Shown here piece after piece: positions 1 to 14,539 of a stretch of 64,000 nucleotides of DNA; positions within the stretch are counted from its first letter, which is position 1; every line of letters begins with the position of its first letter. The notes below the pieces were generated by a model. The model worked only from the letters and a program-made list of their open reading frames with translations, was not told the DNA's origin and ran no database searches. Source of the stretch: Eledone cirrhosa (lineage: Eukaryota); contig OZ024759.1 of assembly GCA_964016885.1 (NCBI GenBank), forward strand, positions 16,430,001-16,494,000. The letters run 5' to 3'. The translations under genes were made by a program, and so were the position numbers.

Positions 1-480
1 CACCCCACACGCACACCCAGACCACCCCACACGCACACCCAGACCACCCCACACGCACACCCAGACCACCCCACACGCACACCCAGACCACCCCACACGC
101 ACACCCAGACCACCCCACACGCTCACACCCAGACCACCCCACACGCTCACACCCAGACCACCCCACACGCTCACACCCAGACCACCCCACACGCTCACAC
201 CCAGACCACCTCACACGCTCACACCCAGACCACCTCACACGCTCACACCCAGACCACCTCACACGCTCACACCCAGACCACCTCACACGCTCACACCACC
301 TCACACACTCACACCACCTCACACACTCACACCACCTCACACACTCACACCACCTACACACACTCACACCCAGACCACCTACACACTCACACCCAGACCA
401 TCTCACACACCCAGAACACCTCACACACACAAACACCCAGACACACAAACACCTTGATATATACACACCCAGACTTCCAC
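1..480. repeat. 20-22-bp CA-rich minisatellite (CACCCAGACCACCCCACACG)
   Basis: Direct tandem units that decay into (CA)n. Confidence 0.9.
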
Positions 481-605
481 ACACACACACACACAAGCGA
501 AAACAGACCCCCCCCCCCCCACACACACACACCACAGACCCCGCACCCAGATACACACATGTGCCTTAACCCTGCTGGCCACAGTTTTTCAGAAAAGTAG
601 TTTAC

Positions 606-752
606 CTGCACAAGGAAGGGTATTGCCATAGGAAGCATATTAATGGGTAGCTTGAGTATGTTGAAAAGAGAGAGGGACACAAAAGCTGTTTGGGCATCAA
701 TATAATGGTCATCTTTCAGTAGAACATACGTAGTGAAAGTAGCAACCGTCAC
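606..752 (-). CDS. ABCC1: ABCC1-like exon 12 (AFVSLSLFNILKLPINMLP); gene continues beyond the window
   Basis: AG/GT boundaries, 147 bp, AFVSL.LFNIL..P motif at the end of TMD1. NBD1 is not in the window. Confidence 0.95.
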
Positions 753-789
753 CTGGAATGTTAAAAAGAGAAAGTTCAATATTGAAATT

Positions 790-3470
790 TACAAAGTGAT
801 AGTCTTGTTGCTGCTGCAATAACATACACCCAGTACACTCTGTAAAGTGGTAGTGTTGCTGCTGTCGCAATAACATACACCCAGTACACTCTGTAAAGTG
901 ATAGTCTTGCTGCTGCTGCAATAACATACACCCAGTACACTCTGTAAAGTGATAGTGCTGGAGCTGCTGCCGCAATAACATACACCCAGTACACTCTGTA
1001 AAGTGGTAGCGTTGCTGCTGCTGCAATAACATACACCCAGTACACTCTGTAAAGTGATAGCGTTGCTGCTGCCGCAATAACATACACCCAGTACACTCTG
1101 TAAAGTGATAGTGTTGCTGCTGTCGCAATAACATACACCCAGTACACTCTGTAAAGTGATAGTCTTGCTGCTGCAATAACATACACCCAGTACACTCTGT
1201 AAAGTGGTAGTCTTGTTGCTGCTGCAATAACATACACCCAGTACACTCTGTAAAGTGATAGTGCTGGAGCTGCTGTCGCAATAACATACACCCAGTACAC
1301 TCTGTAAAGTGATAGTGCTGGAGCTGCTGCCGCAATAACATACACCCAGTACACTCTGTAAAGTGATAGTGCTGGAGCTGCTGCCGCAATAACATACACC
1401 CAGTACACTCTGTAAAGTGGTAGCGTTGCTGCTGCCGCAATAACATACACCCAGTACACTCTGTAAAGTGATAGTGCTGGAGCTGCTGCAATAACATACA
1501 CCCAGTACACTCTGTAAAGTGATAGTGCTGGAGCTGCTGCTGCAATAACATACACCCAGTACACTCTGTAAAGTGATAGCGTTGCTGCTGCTGCAATAAC
1601 ATACACCCAGTACACTCTGTAAAGTGATAGTGCTGGAGCTGCTGCAATAACATACACCCAGTACACTCTGTAAAGTGATAGTGCTGGAGCTGCTGCCGCA
1701 ATAACATACACCCAGTACACTCTGTAAAGTGGTAGCGTTGCTGCTGCTGCAATAACATACACCCAGTACACTCTGTAAAGTGATAGTGCTGGAGCTGCTG
1801 CAATAACATACACCCAGTACACTCTGTAAAGTGGTAGTGTTGCTGCTGTCGCAATAACATACACCCAGTACACTCTGTAAAGTGATAGTCTTGCTGCTGC
1901 TGCAATAACATACACCCAGTACACTCTGTAAAGTGATAGTGCTGGAGCTGCTGCAATAACATACACCCAGTACACTCTGTAAAGTGATAGTGCTGGAGCT
2001 GCTGCCGCAATAACATACACCCAGTACACTCTGTAAAGTGATAGTCTTGCTGCTGCTGCAATAACATACACCCAGTACACTCTGTAAAGTGATAGTGCTG
2101 GAGCTGCTGCAATAACATACACCCAGTACACTCTGTAAAGTGATAGTGCTGGAGCTGCTGCCGCAATAACATACACCCAGTACACTCTGTAAAGTGATAG
2201 TCTTGCTGCTGCTGCAATAACATACACCCAGTACACTCTGTAAAGTGATAGTCTTGCTGCTGCTGCAATAACATACACCCAGTACACTCTGTAAAGTGAT
2301 AGTGCTGGAGCTGCTGCCGCAATAACATACACCCAGTACACTCTGTAAAGTGGTAGTGTTGCTGCTGTCGCAATAACATACACCCAGTACACTCTGTAAA
2401 GTGATAGTCTTGCTGCTGCTGCAATAACATACACCCAGTACACTCTGTAAAGTGATAGTGCTGGAGCTGCTGCAATAACATACACCCAGTACACTCTGTA
2501 AAGTGGTAGCGTTGCTGCTGCCGCAATAACATACACCCAGTACACTCTGTAAAGTGGTAGCGTTGCTGCTGCCGCAATAACATACACCCAGTACACTCTG
2601 TAAAGTGATAGTGCTGGAGCTGCTGCAATAACATACACCCAGTACACTCTGTAAAGTGGTAGTGTTGCTGCTGTCGCAATAACATACACCCAGTACACTC
2701 TGTAAAGTGATAGTCTTGCTGCTGCTGCAATAACATACACCCAGTACACTCTGTAAAGTGATAGTGCTGGAGCTGGTGCAATAACATACACCCAGTACAC
2801 TCTGTAAAGTGGTAGTGTTGCTGCTGTCGCAATAACATACACCCAGTACACTCTGTAAAGTGATAGTCTTGCTGCTGCTGCAATAACATACACCCAGTAC
2901 ACTCTGTAAAGTGATAGTCTTGTTGGTGCCACAATAACATACACCCAGTACACATTGTAAAGCGATAGTGCTGGAGCTGCTGCAATAACATACACCCAGT
3001 ACACTCTGTAAAGTGGTAGTGTTGCTGCTGCCGCAATAACATACACCCAGTACACTCTGTAAAGTGGTAGTGTTGGTACCACAATAAAATACACCCAGTA
3101 CACTCTAAAATGGTAGTGCTCGTGCTGCATTAACGTACACCCAGTACACTGTAAAATGGTAGTATTGGTAACAATAACATGCACCCAGTCCACTCTGTAA
3201 AATAGTAGTGCTGCTGTTGCAATAACATGCACCTAGTACATTCTGTAAAGTGGTAGTATTGGTAATAAAATGCACCCAGTACACCCTGTAAAGTGGTAGT
3301 GATGGTGCCATGATAAAATGTACTTAGTACACTCTAAAGTGGTAGTGCTGGTGCCACAAAAAACATGTACTCAATACACTCTAATGTGGTAGTGCTGCTG
3401 AAGCCACAATAGAATGCACCCAGTCCTCTCTGTAAAGCAGTAGTGATGGTGCCATGATAAAATGTACTCA
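790..3470. repeat. 48-51-bp minisatellite (~50 units) with a variable CTG tract
   Basis: Invariant GCAATAACATACACCCAGTACACTCTGTAAAGTG plus a variable (GCT)n segment, degenerating after ~3080. Confidence 0.95.
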
Positions 3471-3581
3471 GTTGGCATTAAGAAAGGTATCTAGCTGTAG
3501 AAACCCTGCCATAACAGAACCCATGAGCAAGAAAATCATTTGACCTATCTAGCCTCAGAATGTGTCAACTCGTCTAAGCTA

Positions 3582-4457
<876 letters not shown>

Positions 4458-4489
4458 CTAATTTAAAAAGTAAATATAACACAGTCAGA

Positions 4490-4520
<31 letters not shown>

Positions 4521-4759
4521 GACTGATAAGTTTCAGAAAGCTGGTACAATGTGCAAGAAATATGTAAAAGGCAAAGAATGACAAATAAAACAAAAAGTAA
4601 TGGTTTTACATTTGAAAAGAGAGTTTTAGCCCCGAAATATATTGGGTAAAGCATTACTCTTTTGTTTTATTTGTCACTAGAATTTTTTTCCATATGCTGA
4701 TGCATATGTGTATATGTGAGTAAGTGCGTATGCATACATTTCTATGTTTGAGTATATAA

Positions 4760-5077
4760 TGGAGGCACATGGCTTAGAGGTTAGAGCATTGGGCTTGCAA
4801 TTGAAAGGTTGTGAGTTCAATTCTCAGAACGGGTGATGTGTTGTTTCCTTGAGCAAGACACTTTATTTCACGTTGCTCCAGTTTATTCAACTGTAGAAAT
4901 GAGATGATAGGAACTGGGGTCCCTATCATTCCACTGCAAAGTGGTCGTGGAGGTGCCACGGCAAAAAAGCACCCAGCACTCACTGTAAATAAGGTTGGTG
5001 TTAGAAATCAAGCCAGAATCAGTTCCCATCCCACCCTTGCAAGCAGGGAAAAGCGGACATAAAATGATGATGATGAT
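4760..5077 (+). mobile_element. tRNA-derived SINE family B with RTE-like 3' tail (also 30170-30510-, 36529-36917-, 37383-37714+, 59432-59750+)
   Basis: Head GGCTTAG.GGTTAGAGCATTGG..GTGAGTTCAATTC, central TCCTTGAGCAAGACACTT, tail shared with the RTE 3' UTR and ending in (ATG)n. Confidence 0.85.
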
Positions 5078-6399
5078 ACAAATATAAACGCATAAATACA
5101 GATACAAAAATATACACTCAGACATACATCCACACAAATATACTCAAACATTGTATTTTTCACCATTTCCTTCCTTCCCTTTTCACACACACACACACAC
5201 ACACATACATTCAGGCAGGCAGCAGACAAAAGAGAAAGGAGTAGTATGAGGTAGTCAAAGTACTCCTCTCTGTGTGTTGTGACAGAATCACAGAAATTTA
5301 TATATAGATTACCCTCATTTCAAATGAATAAACGAAAATGGTTCAAAACAAAATGAACAATCAATGTGTTCTTGTTTTGTTTTGTCATCATTTGCCCTTT
5401 ATATATTTCTACCACATTGTACTGGCTTTTTGAAAGTCATTTTTTGAAAGTCATTTTTTGAAACAGCTCACAATGCTTCGTATTAATTATACTTCTTCAA
5501 TCAATATTTCATCTGGTAAACATTGTTGCCTGTAAAGTTACAGATTGTTTATTTCAAATCTGTCTGTGGGCTTGTTTCTTTCATTATCAGATTAGTGCTT
5601 ATAATATCACTTATTTAACCCTTTACCATTTAAACCAGCCATATCCAGTCAGAATTCTCATCTCTTTCTGTTCAAACTGGCTGTAATTGGCCATTCAAAC
5701 TAATGTTAAAGTATTGTTCTCAAAATAAATAATATCAAAATCTCATAGATTCGATATTATGTGAGATAATTATGTAAGAAAGCCTTTACCATAAAAATAC
5801 AATAGTAAATATAGAGTAATGTAAATGCTAAAGGGTTAAATATGACGATAGTTTTCTTTCTACTAAATAAAATTTAAAAAAAAGTTAATTTATAACATCT
5901 TGTAATAGTTTAAAAGAAAATATCTAATCATTAAAGTATATTTACTACTGGATAGATCTTTGTGAAAATGTATATTAACTCTAATATCCTGTAATGATTT
6001 AGCAGAAAATACCTAAAAATAGGTTTGTTAATTCAAAATTTTATAGTATATTTGCTAGTGGACAGATCTATATGAAAATTTACAGTAAATTAAAATAATT
6101 GTTTCTACTTTAGGCACAAGGCCAGCAATTACACAGTGCATTACTGGTACTTTATTTTATCGACCCCGTATAATGACTCGTTTTTAATGATGCAGTCATT
6201 GTGCTGGTTTGTACTATTTCAAGTATGTTAATGTGGTTTCATGAGGTACAGGATGTTAAGAGTTAACCCTTTGATACCAACCCACCCCAAACTAGCTTTC
6301 ATTCTATGAAACAAAACCACTCATTTACAAATGTTCCTACTGAAATCAATTCAAATTTCCCAACATAATTTGACATAATTTTTTGATAAGTTATGTAAC

Positions 6400-6715
6400 C
6401 GATACCATGGCATTCAAGACGTTCAGTGGAGTTAGGCCGCTGACAGCGAAGTTCTTGTCTTCACTGGCAGCTAAGCTTATTGAGGTGTCAGGGGATGCCT
6501 GGTTATTTCAGCGCCTTAGCCTCATCATCACCCGTCCTTTTCCTTTTTTTTTCTTTCCTTTATCATTTTTGTTCAATGAATTTATATTATTATTATTATA
6601 CACGGTTTAGACATTAAATTTGTCCTTCTGAAGGAATTGCGAGCAATTTATAATGTTATTTACACATTTGTAATGTTATTTATGTATATATTTAAAACAT
6701 ATTTCTACTGTTATT
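6400..6715 (+). mobile_element. CRE-like C-terminus plus AT-rich 3' UTR fragment
   Basis: FLSSLAAKLIEVSGD.WLFQRLSL motif. The following AT-rich tail is the reverse complement of 22920-23050. Confidence 0.6.
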
Positions 6716-6980
6716 CTACTGTAAATTTATACAGCAGTAATAAAATGTCTTGATATCATAATTTTAGCAAATCCCTCAAAATTCTTAAAATACAGTGTAT
6801 TTCATTATAAATTTACTCACAAAAGGGTTAAACGATTTTTAGTCAAACAGATTTGTGGCATTCAGTACACCCTATAAAGTGGCTGATGGACAAAGCAAGT
6901 GAACATAGGGCAGAAAGGAGGCTTTGGTATTGCTGAGAACTCAACAACCCCTATAGTGCTGGTGCCACAATAAAACAAAC

Positions 6981-7301
6981 CTTTATTCCAGAGAGGACTT
7001 CATTCATGAGGCGCAGCCGTGAGTCTTTGAGAATCATCTGTCTTATTTGATATTTCCGAGACTTAGATGTTGTCCACACATTGATGGGAATGAGAAGTAG
7101 CATAACTGCAAGTCCTGCCAATGTGGCAACCCCAACCTGCTGCCATAGTAAATAGGCACAAAGAATAATCTGTAGTGGACCTGACCATAACATGTACAAG
7201 TATGAAGTGCTGTTGTTGATTCTTTCACAGTCTATGGCCATCAGGTTGACAATCTCACCAACAGTAGACTGTGTACGAGCCTCAGCATTGATTAACAAAG
7301 C
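6981..7301 (-). CDS. ABCC1: ABCC1-like exon 10 (STVGEIVNLMAID...WSGPLQI...KDSRLRLMNEVLSGIK)
   Basis: AG/GT boundaries, 321 bp, highly conserved ABCC TMD1 sequence. Confidence 0.96.
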
Positions 7302-8874
7302 CTGTCAAAAAAATATAAATAAACAATATAAAAAATATATATACAGATTCGACAACAAAAATAAGCATATTAACCCTTTAGCATTTACTTTACTCTAAAT
7401 TTACTATTGTATTTTAACGGTAATCACTTAATTTCATATAATTATCTCATATAATATTGAATCTATGAGATTTTGTTATTTATTTTGAGAACAATACCTT
7501 AACATCTGTATGAGCGGCCAGTTACAGCTGGTTTGAACAGAAAGAGAATTCTGGCCAGATATGGCCGATTTAAATGCTAAAGGGTTAACCTGTTTGATAC
7601 CAATCTGCCTAAAACTGTCTCTAATTCTCTTGTGAAACAAAACCATTTGTTTTAAAAGGTTGTTATTTAAATTACCCTATATACTTGAATATAAGCTGAC
7701 CCAAATATAATCGCCCCCACCTCCATATTTTATGACTGAGAAATGTGCAAAAATCTAAACCCTGTTTATAAGCCAAAGCAACTAATTAACATGTGTTTAG
7801 ATGGTGTGGTTTTGAAATTCTCACGAGTATAAAATATATTTATGAAGTTCTAATATTTCGATGTTTAACTTTTTAGCATTTAAATTAGCCGGATACATTC
7901 AAACTGGCTGTAACCTGCTTCTCATACTTATGTTAAGGTATTGTTCTCAAAATAAATAATATTAAAATATCGCAGATTTGATGTTATGTGAGATAATTAT
8001 GTGAAAGTGTTTACAGTGAAAATACAATAGTAGATATAGAGTAATGTAAATGCTAAAGATTTAAGATGTTTTAAGTGTCATTTCGAGTATAGTTTTTGTT
8101 TCACAATTCCATTATGAAATGAGTTTCCATTATGTTAAGTTTCAACAAGTTTCTTGAATTTTTGTCTACTTCTGGTCACTTATATGTTAAGAGTACTTCG
8201 AAAGCAAGAGATCAAATGAGGGAACTTTGGATAGGGATTCATAAAGTAGAAGAGGGGGGGGGGGGGGGAGACAAGCGAGTGAGAGTGAGAAAAAGAGCAT
8301 AAGAGAAATAAAATCAAACCAGAAGATCGATAGAAAAAAATATTGTCAGAAAAACGTGTGTGTGTATGTGGGATATTTATGTATTAAAAAATTCAAATTA
8401 TAAAAATTTGTTGGAAATATTTTCGTGGGGATGCATAAATAACACCTACAATAATGTAGTAAATGTAGAAAAACTGTTTCGTTGCCAAATAATCACTCCA
8501 AATTCTATGTAAATAAGGTGCTAAAATATCTGAAGTTGGGGAAAATCATCAAAATATTAACCCTGAATATAAGCTGAGCCCCTCCTATTTAGCTATAGTT
8601 TTCTCCCTACCGATACAGATTGGCACCAGTGACATCGCAACTCATTTCTACAGTTGAGTGAACTGGAGCAATATGAAATAAAGTATCTTGCTGAAGGACA
8701 CAACACACCACTTGGTTTAGGAATTGAACTTACAATCTCAGGATTGTATGCCCAACACTCAAACCACTAAGCCACATGCTTTCAGAACTGGAATACTCAT
8801 CAAAAACTACAGTGGTCTCTTCCAATAATATCAAAAACTACAGTGGACTATTCCAAGAAATCAATGCCATTTAC

Positions 8875-9052
8875 CTTTCGATACACAGTATCAATCAGTG
8901 AAGCTTTAATCTTTATTCCTAATGTGACAGCTAATTGGAAATGTTGATGATAGAAAAACGATTGGAGTAAGTTTGTTGCAAATAACGCTACGACAAGGAT
9001 ATAACCTTTCCATTCAGGTTCATTTGGGGTTTCTGTGTGAGAAATCAAGGCA
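8875..9052 (-). CDS. ABCC1: ABCC1-like exon 9 (WKGY...HQHF...VYRK)
   Basis: AG/GT boundaries, 178 bp, TMD1 motifs. Confidence 0.93.
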
Positions 9053-10092
9053 CTAGAAGGAAAGAAGACAAGATATATAAAACAATACAGTAAATAAATC
9101 TTTATATATGGTTGGTGATAGGAAACAACTCTCAGGTCTCATATAATGGCCTCCCTCACAGACAATAATTTTTCAGATTTTTTTTTAACCACCCCACACC
9201 TCACTTATTAAATTTCATTTTAATTTAATTTATTTTATACATTAAAAAACATTAACCCTTTAGCATTTAAACCGACCATATCCGGCCAGAATCCCCTCAC
9301 TTCTTTCTGTTCAAACTGGCTGTAACCAGCCACTCATGCTGATGTTAAGGTATTGTTCTCAAAATAAATACTATCAACATCTCAGATTCAATATTATTTG
9401 AGATAATTATGTGAGGTAAAGCCTTTACCATGAAAATACAATAGTAAATATAGAATAATGTAAATGCTAAAGGGCTAAACATGACAAAGTACGTTACTAG
9501 AAATCCCATGTTATAAAAAAAAATTTAAAAAAAATCAAGAGACAACCTAGAAAAATTACTGATCCCCCCCCCCCCCTGCCCCTATTATTTGGAACTCAAG
9601 AGTATGCAGGCATGGCTTTATGGTTAAAGAGTTTGCTTTGAAGCATGTGGTTTTGGGGTCAGTCCTACTGCACTGCAGGTTGGGCAACTATCTTCTATAA
9701 AAGAGTAAAGATCCCCTTCAATCACGAATAATCATGGAATTTGCACCCAGAAAATGGCACAAGTCCAAGCTAGGTTGTTTGTGAAAGACCAATAGTCGCC
9801 CACGCATACCTGTCTCCCCACTCCATGCCACTAATGGTGTCCAAGGGAAAGGCAAAAGCCTATACAGCTTCGCGCCAGTGACATCGCAGTTCATTTCTAC
9901 AGTTGAATGAACTGGAGCAACGTGAAATAAAGTGTCTTAAGAACACAACATAACCAGATCTGGGAATCGAACTCACAACCTCATGATTGTAAGCCCAACT
10001 CTCTAACCACTAAGCCATGTGTCTTCTGCTATAGCTTCAGATTAACCAATGCCTCAGTGGAAGTTGTTTGACAGAAACTTCTGGATCCCGTG

Positions 10093-10124
<32 letters not shown>

Positions 10125-10481
10125 TTCTCCAAAATGGCTGACTGAATACAGTCATTCCAGGTAGAGCTGCTACTTCTCCAAATTGAGAGACCACAACCTT
10201 GATATTACAGACATATGGTTAGGTCTCAAAAAAAAAAAAAAAAAAAAAAAAATCACTCAGCAGATTTTATGGGTAAAAACCGACCAACAACAGACTCAGG
10301 AGTAAACCCTGAGCAAGATGGTTGAAAATCATCCATGAGCTTGACTGGTCTCTCTTGTGGATCAAGCCAGATCAAGAGGACATAGTTGCTTCTGACAGGA
10401 CCCGCTGGAAGGAGTGTTTGAGGACTCAACCTAGCAATAAGTGAGCAATGAAGAAGATATCAATTATAAAACAAGATGTAC

Positions 10482-10745
10482 CTGAGGATTTGTGGGCTGA
10501 CAAACTGTAGTAAATCATAAAAGAGTTTGATGATCTGAGAAACAAGAAATTGTAACCAATTCACAGCAAATAATGTTCGAATCAATGATGGCTTGCTTGG
10601 GTTTTTCTTTGGCAGAGTGTCTGTGGGGAATTCTGTGTATGATGTGTGTTGATGACTGTGAATGAGTGGAGTCGTCTCTGACATAAATTCGGGGCTGTGA
10701 ATGTGTGACGATGTCTCTGATATTGCTTCAGCATGGGATGGGTCC
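10482..10745 (-). CDS. ABCC1: ABCC1-like exon 8 (linker, KPSLIRTL...DLLQFVSPQIL)
   Basis: AG/GT boundaries, 264 bp, phase 2/2, PSL and DLL.F..PQIL motifs at the start of TMD1. Confidence 0.92.
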
Positions 10746-12141
10746 CTAAAACATATGAAATAAATTTTAAATTAGTGTTCCATTTAGTTGAACAACAGAA
10801 CAGACTGGTTCTGAAATTAGTGTTCCAGTTAGCTGAGCAGACACATGTACCCTTAACTCAATGTCCTGTACCACATGAAACCACATTAACAAAACATTCT
10901 TGAAAAGTTCCAAGCAATACTATAACCCTATCACAAACATTTAAGTCTTTAGTATAATATTACAAATTTTTCACAATGATCTGTCCCCTATTAAGGATAC
11001 TAAAAATATTTCATTTAACAGAACGCCAGCTTTAGATATTTTCTGCTGAACCCTTACCAGATACTCAGAGTTGATGGAAATTTCAGAAAGATTCAGTTTG
11101 ACACAGTATGACAAGGCTTACCCTTTAAATTACAGGTACAACTAATTTTTGCCAACTGAGTGGACTGCAGCCATGTGAAATAATTGTTTCTACTTTTGGA
11201 ACAAGGCCAGCAATTACCCCAGTGCATTACTGGTACTTTATATTATTGACCCCATAAGAATGGAAGGCAAAGTCAACATCAATGGGATTTGAACCCAGAA
11301 CGTAAAGGGCCATAACTATGTTGCAAAGCATGGTGTCTGATGCTCTAGCAGTACTGCCAATCCACTGCGTCTTGCTCAAGGACACAAGATACTGCTAGGT
11401 ATTAAACTCGTGCATTTACAATCTAGAGCTGAACACCCTTGCCACAAAGCTACACACCTTCACTACATGCATATGTATACATACATGTATATATGTATAT
11501 ATGTATAGATCTGTAACTTCTGGTGAGTCGTAGGTTCACCGTCATAACAGTGTGACTCAGGCACTTTAAACCTGGCAGAACCTGGCAGAACCCATCCCTT
11601 CTGCAGGTTTGAACACAGCCAATTATTTTGTGAGAGTAAGAGAGAGAGCGAGAGCGAGAGTAAGAGAGACAGTGAGTGAGAGAGGGAAAGATAAAGTGAA
11701 AGAAAGCAAGAGAGAGAAAGCGTGAAAGTGAGTGATGAAATGAGGAAAAAGGTAAACTGGGTGTATTGTATCAAGACACCAGCACAACCTCTTTATAACA
11801 CTGACAGTGCATTTTATTGTGACACCAACACAACCATTTTACAGAGTTTACTGGGTGCATTTTATCAAGGAACCAGCACTACCACTTTACAGGGCAGACA
11901 GGGTGCGTTTTATCGTGACGGCAGCCACTACCACTTTACAAAGTGTACTGGGTGTATTTTATCAAGGCAGTTTACTACATAGACTGGGTGCATTTTCTCA
12001 TGGCACTAACACTACCACCTAACCAAGTGAACTGAGTGCATTTTATCAGAGCACCAACACTCACAGACGCACACAGACATACATGCATCAAAATTGAAAG
12101 GGTAACATATTCCAGAAAGAGAACACGCAAAAGAGATTTAC

Positions 12142-12273
12142 TTTTTATGTTTAGATAACTCTTTGTCCCAAACACGTCTGAATTTTGGAATATTTCTTGC
12201 AGCCCTTAAATGATTCGGCATATCCCACAAATTGCTTTCTTCAAGACTCTTTTTATAACCTTCTATAATCAAC
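12142..12273 (-). CDS. ABCC1: ABCC1-like exon 7 (LIIEGYKKSLEESNLWDM...WDKE)
   Basis: AG/GT boundaries, 132 bp, phase 2/2, GY..L...LW lasso motif. Confidence 0.92.
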
Positions 12274-14105
12274 CTGAAAGAGAAATGAAAAAAAAAAGAT
12301 TGATGCAATAATTTTTGCTACCATGACACCTGACAGAGGTAACTCTGGATACCAAAATAAAACAACCTGGAATTACCCCTGGTTCTATGATACTAAGATG
12401 CCTATTGTAGACAATCCTATCATCCCCATTAGTTATTTTTAGTTAACCCTTCAAATTCTTAATTGTTTTCAAAATATTTTGACTATCATAGGTAGTTTAT
12501 TTCATTAGAAACATGGTAATGAAAGGATTAAACTATTTATAATTATCTAAACACATCCCATCATAATTTTATAAGAACCTTTGTTAAGTTATGCCCCAAA
12601 TATCAGCCTAATAATGAGAAAGTTATATTATTAAATCCCTCCGAATTCTTTCATTAGAAATATAGTAACAAAAAGGTGTAGGTTTTTATATTTACCTAAA
12701 ATTTGCTCATAAAATTATGTAATAAACTTTGTTAACCCTTTAGCATTTATACTGCTCTATATATACTATTGTATTTTCACAGTAAAAGTTTTACTTCACA
12801 TAATATCTCACATAATATCGAATCTGAGATTTTGATATTTATTTTGAGAACAATACCTTAAAATCAGTATATGTGGCCAGTTACAACCGGTTTGATCAAA
12901 CGGAGGAGAGAGAATTTTGGCTGGATACAGCTGGTTTAAATACTAAAAGGTTAATGCTCCAAATAATGAGAAAGTTATATTAATAAATCCCTCCAAATTC
13001 TTTCATTAGAAATATGATAACAAAAAGGTATAAGTTTTTATATTTACCTACATTTTCTCATCATAGAATTATGTAATAAACTTTAAGTTTATTGTCCTAC
13101 CTATGCTAGCGTGGAAGATGGATGTTAAACGATGATGATGAGGTTTCAAATGCCAACTAAATCGATCGATCAAATTGATTGACAACTTTCCAGACCTCAT
13201 TCACTTACTGAGTGGGGTAGAACTCCAAATCGGACCAAGGAAACAATGTTTCCATTGATCTTTCCATTGCTGATACTATCTTACCAGTTGCAACTTCTGG
13301 CAGAAACCAACTAAATAATGGTTTTTACTTTTGGAACAATGCCAGCAATTACCCAGTGCATTACTGGTCCTTTATTTTATCAGCCCTGTAAGGATGAAAG
13401 GCAAAGCTAACCTTGACGGGATTTGAACTCAATAAATAATTGTTTCTTACTTTAGGCACAAGGCCAGCAACTACCCAGTGCATTACTGGTACTTTATTTT
13501 ATCGACCCCCGTAAGGATGAAAGGCAAAGTCAACCTCGGCGGGATTTGAACTCAGATCGGAAAGGGACGTAACTATGCTGGAAAGCATGGCGTCCGACCC
13601 TCTACCGATACCGCCAATCCACCACCCTCAATTGAACTCAATAAATAATGGTTCCTAATTAAGTACAAAGTCCTTTTTGTTAGTGTGTGTGGGGCTGATA
13701 TTAAATGAATCCCAATGCTTGGTTTGTACTTTCTTTTATTGACCTGGGAAGGATGAAAGGTGGGATTTGAACTCAGAATGTAAAGAGTCAAAAGAATTAC
13801 TGCAAAGCATTTTTTTTCAATGCTCTACCAATTCAGCCAATCCACAACCCTACACCAGCTTAATAATGAGATAATCAGTCATATTACTAACTCCTTCCAA
13901 ATTCTGCTTTATTTCCAAAACTGTGTGAAAATTAAAGGCACTGTTTTTCACTAGAAATACAGTCATGGAAGGGTTAATACTATGTCTCGTTCACCCTGTC
14001 AATCATCATCATAGTTTAACATCCATTTTCCTTAGGGTTAGACGCTTACACAAAGTGAAAGATATATAAGCAAAAATATATAAAATAAAACCAATTAGAA
14101 AATAC

Positions 14106-14167
14106 CTTGTTATCCAATGGAATGACACTTTACTTATGAAGGAACTGGAATCTTCTGGGCATGGATT
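14106..14167 (-). CDS. ABCC1: ABCC1-like exon 6 (lasso/L0: NPCPEDSSSFISKVSFHWIT)
   Basis: AG/GT boundaries, 62 bp, NPCPE..SF.S...F.W lasso motif. Not in the ORF track. Confidence 0.93.
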
Positions 14168-14314
14168 CTAAGAATGGGCAAGAAAAGGGGAAATTTAAAC
14201 ACTTCAGTTTCTCTTGATTAAGCAAAAAAATTTTAGCAAAGAAAAAAAAAGAACCTATAAAATGTTCTTTTATACTTTTTAATACTAACCCACCCAAAAC
14301 CTGGTTCTATTTCT

Positions 14315-14539
14315 TTAACCCTTTAGCATTTACATTACTCTATATATACTATTGTATTTTCACACTAAACACTTTATTTCATATTATTATCCCACATAAT
14401 ATCAAATCTATGAGATTTTGATATTTATTTTGAGAACAATACCTTAACATAAGTCTGAGCAGCCAGTTATGGCCAGTTTGAACAGAAAGAGGTGAGATAA
14501 TTCTGGCCAGATATGGCCAGTTTAAATGCTAAAGGGTTG
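14315..14539. mobile_element. ~220-bp TTAA/piggyBac-type MITE (other copies ~5615-5839, 7370-7588, 7865-8063, 9253-9478, 12732-12954, 17617-17770, 28690-28925)
   Basis: Ends TTAA-CCCTTTAGCATTTA ... TAAATGCTAAAGGG-TT(A/G)A, with a shared internal TTTTGAGAACAATACCTTAAC. Confidence 0.8.

Noticed and set aside
790-3100. CRISPR-like look (constant block plus variable block)
   Set aside because: The variable parts are a few recurring CTG variants rather than unique spacers. The context is a eukaryotic intron with no cas genes.
709-3232. 791-aa and 818-aa repetitive ORFs (HFTECTGCMLL / LYRVYWVYVIA)
   Set aside because: They are translations of an intronic minisatellite whose unit lengths are multiples of 3. 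Two frames are open and there is no independent coding evidence.
5240-5270. TGAGGTAGT let-7-like seed in a small hairpin (inverse copy at ~60620-60650)
   Set aside because: Only 9 nt match, there is no proper pre-miRNA stem, and it is part of a dispersed ~100-bp repeat.
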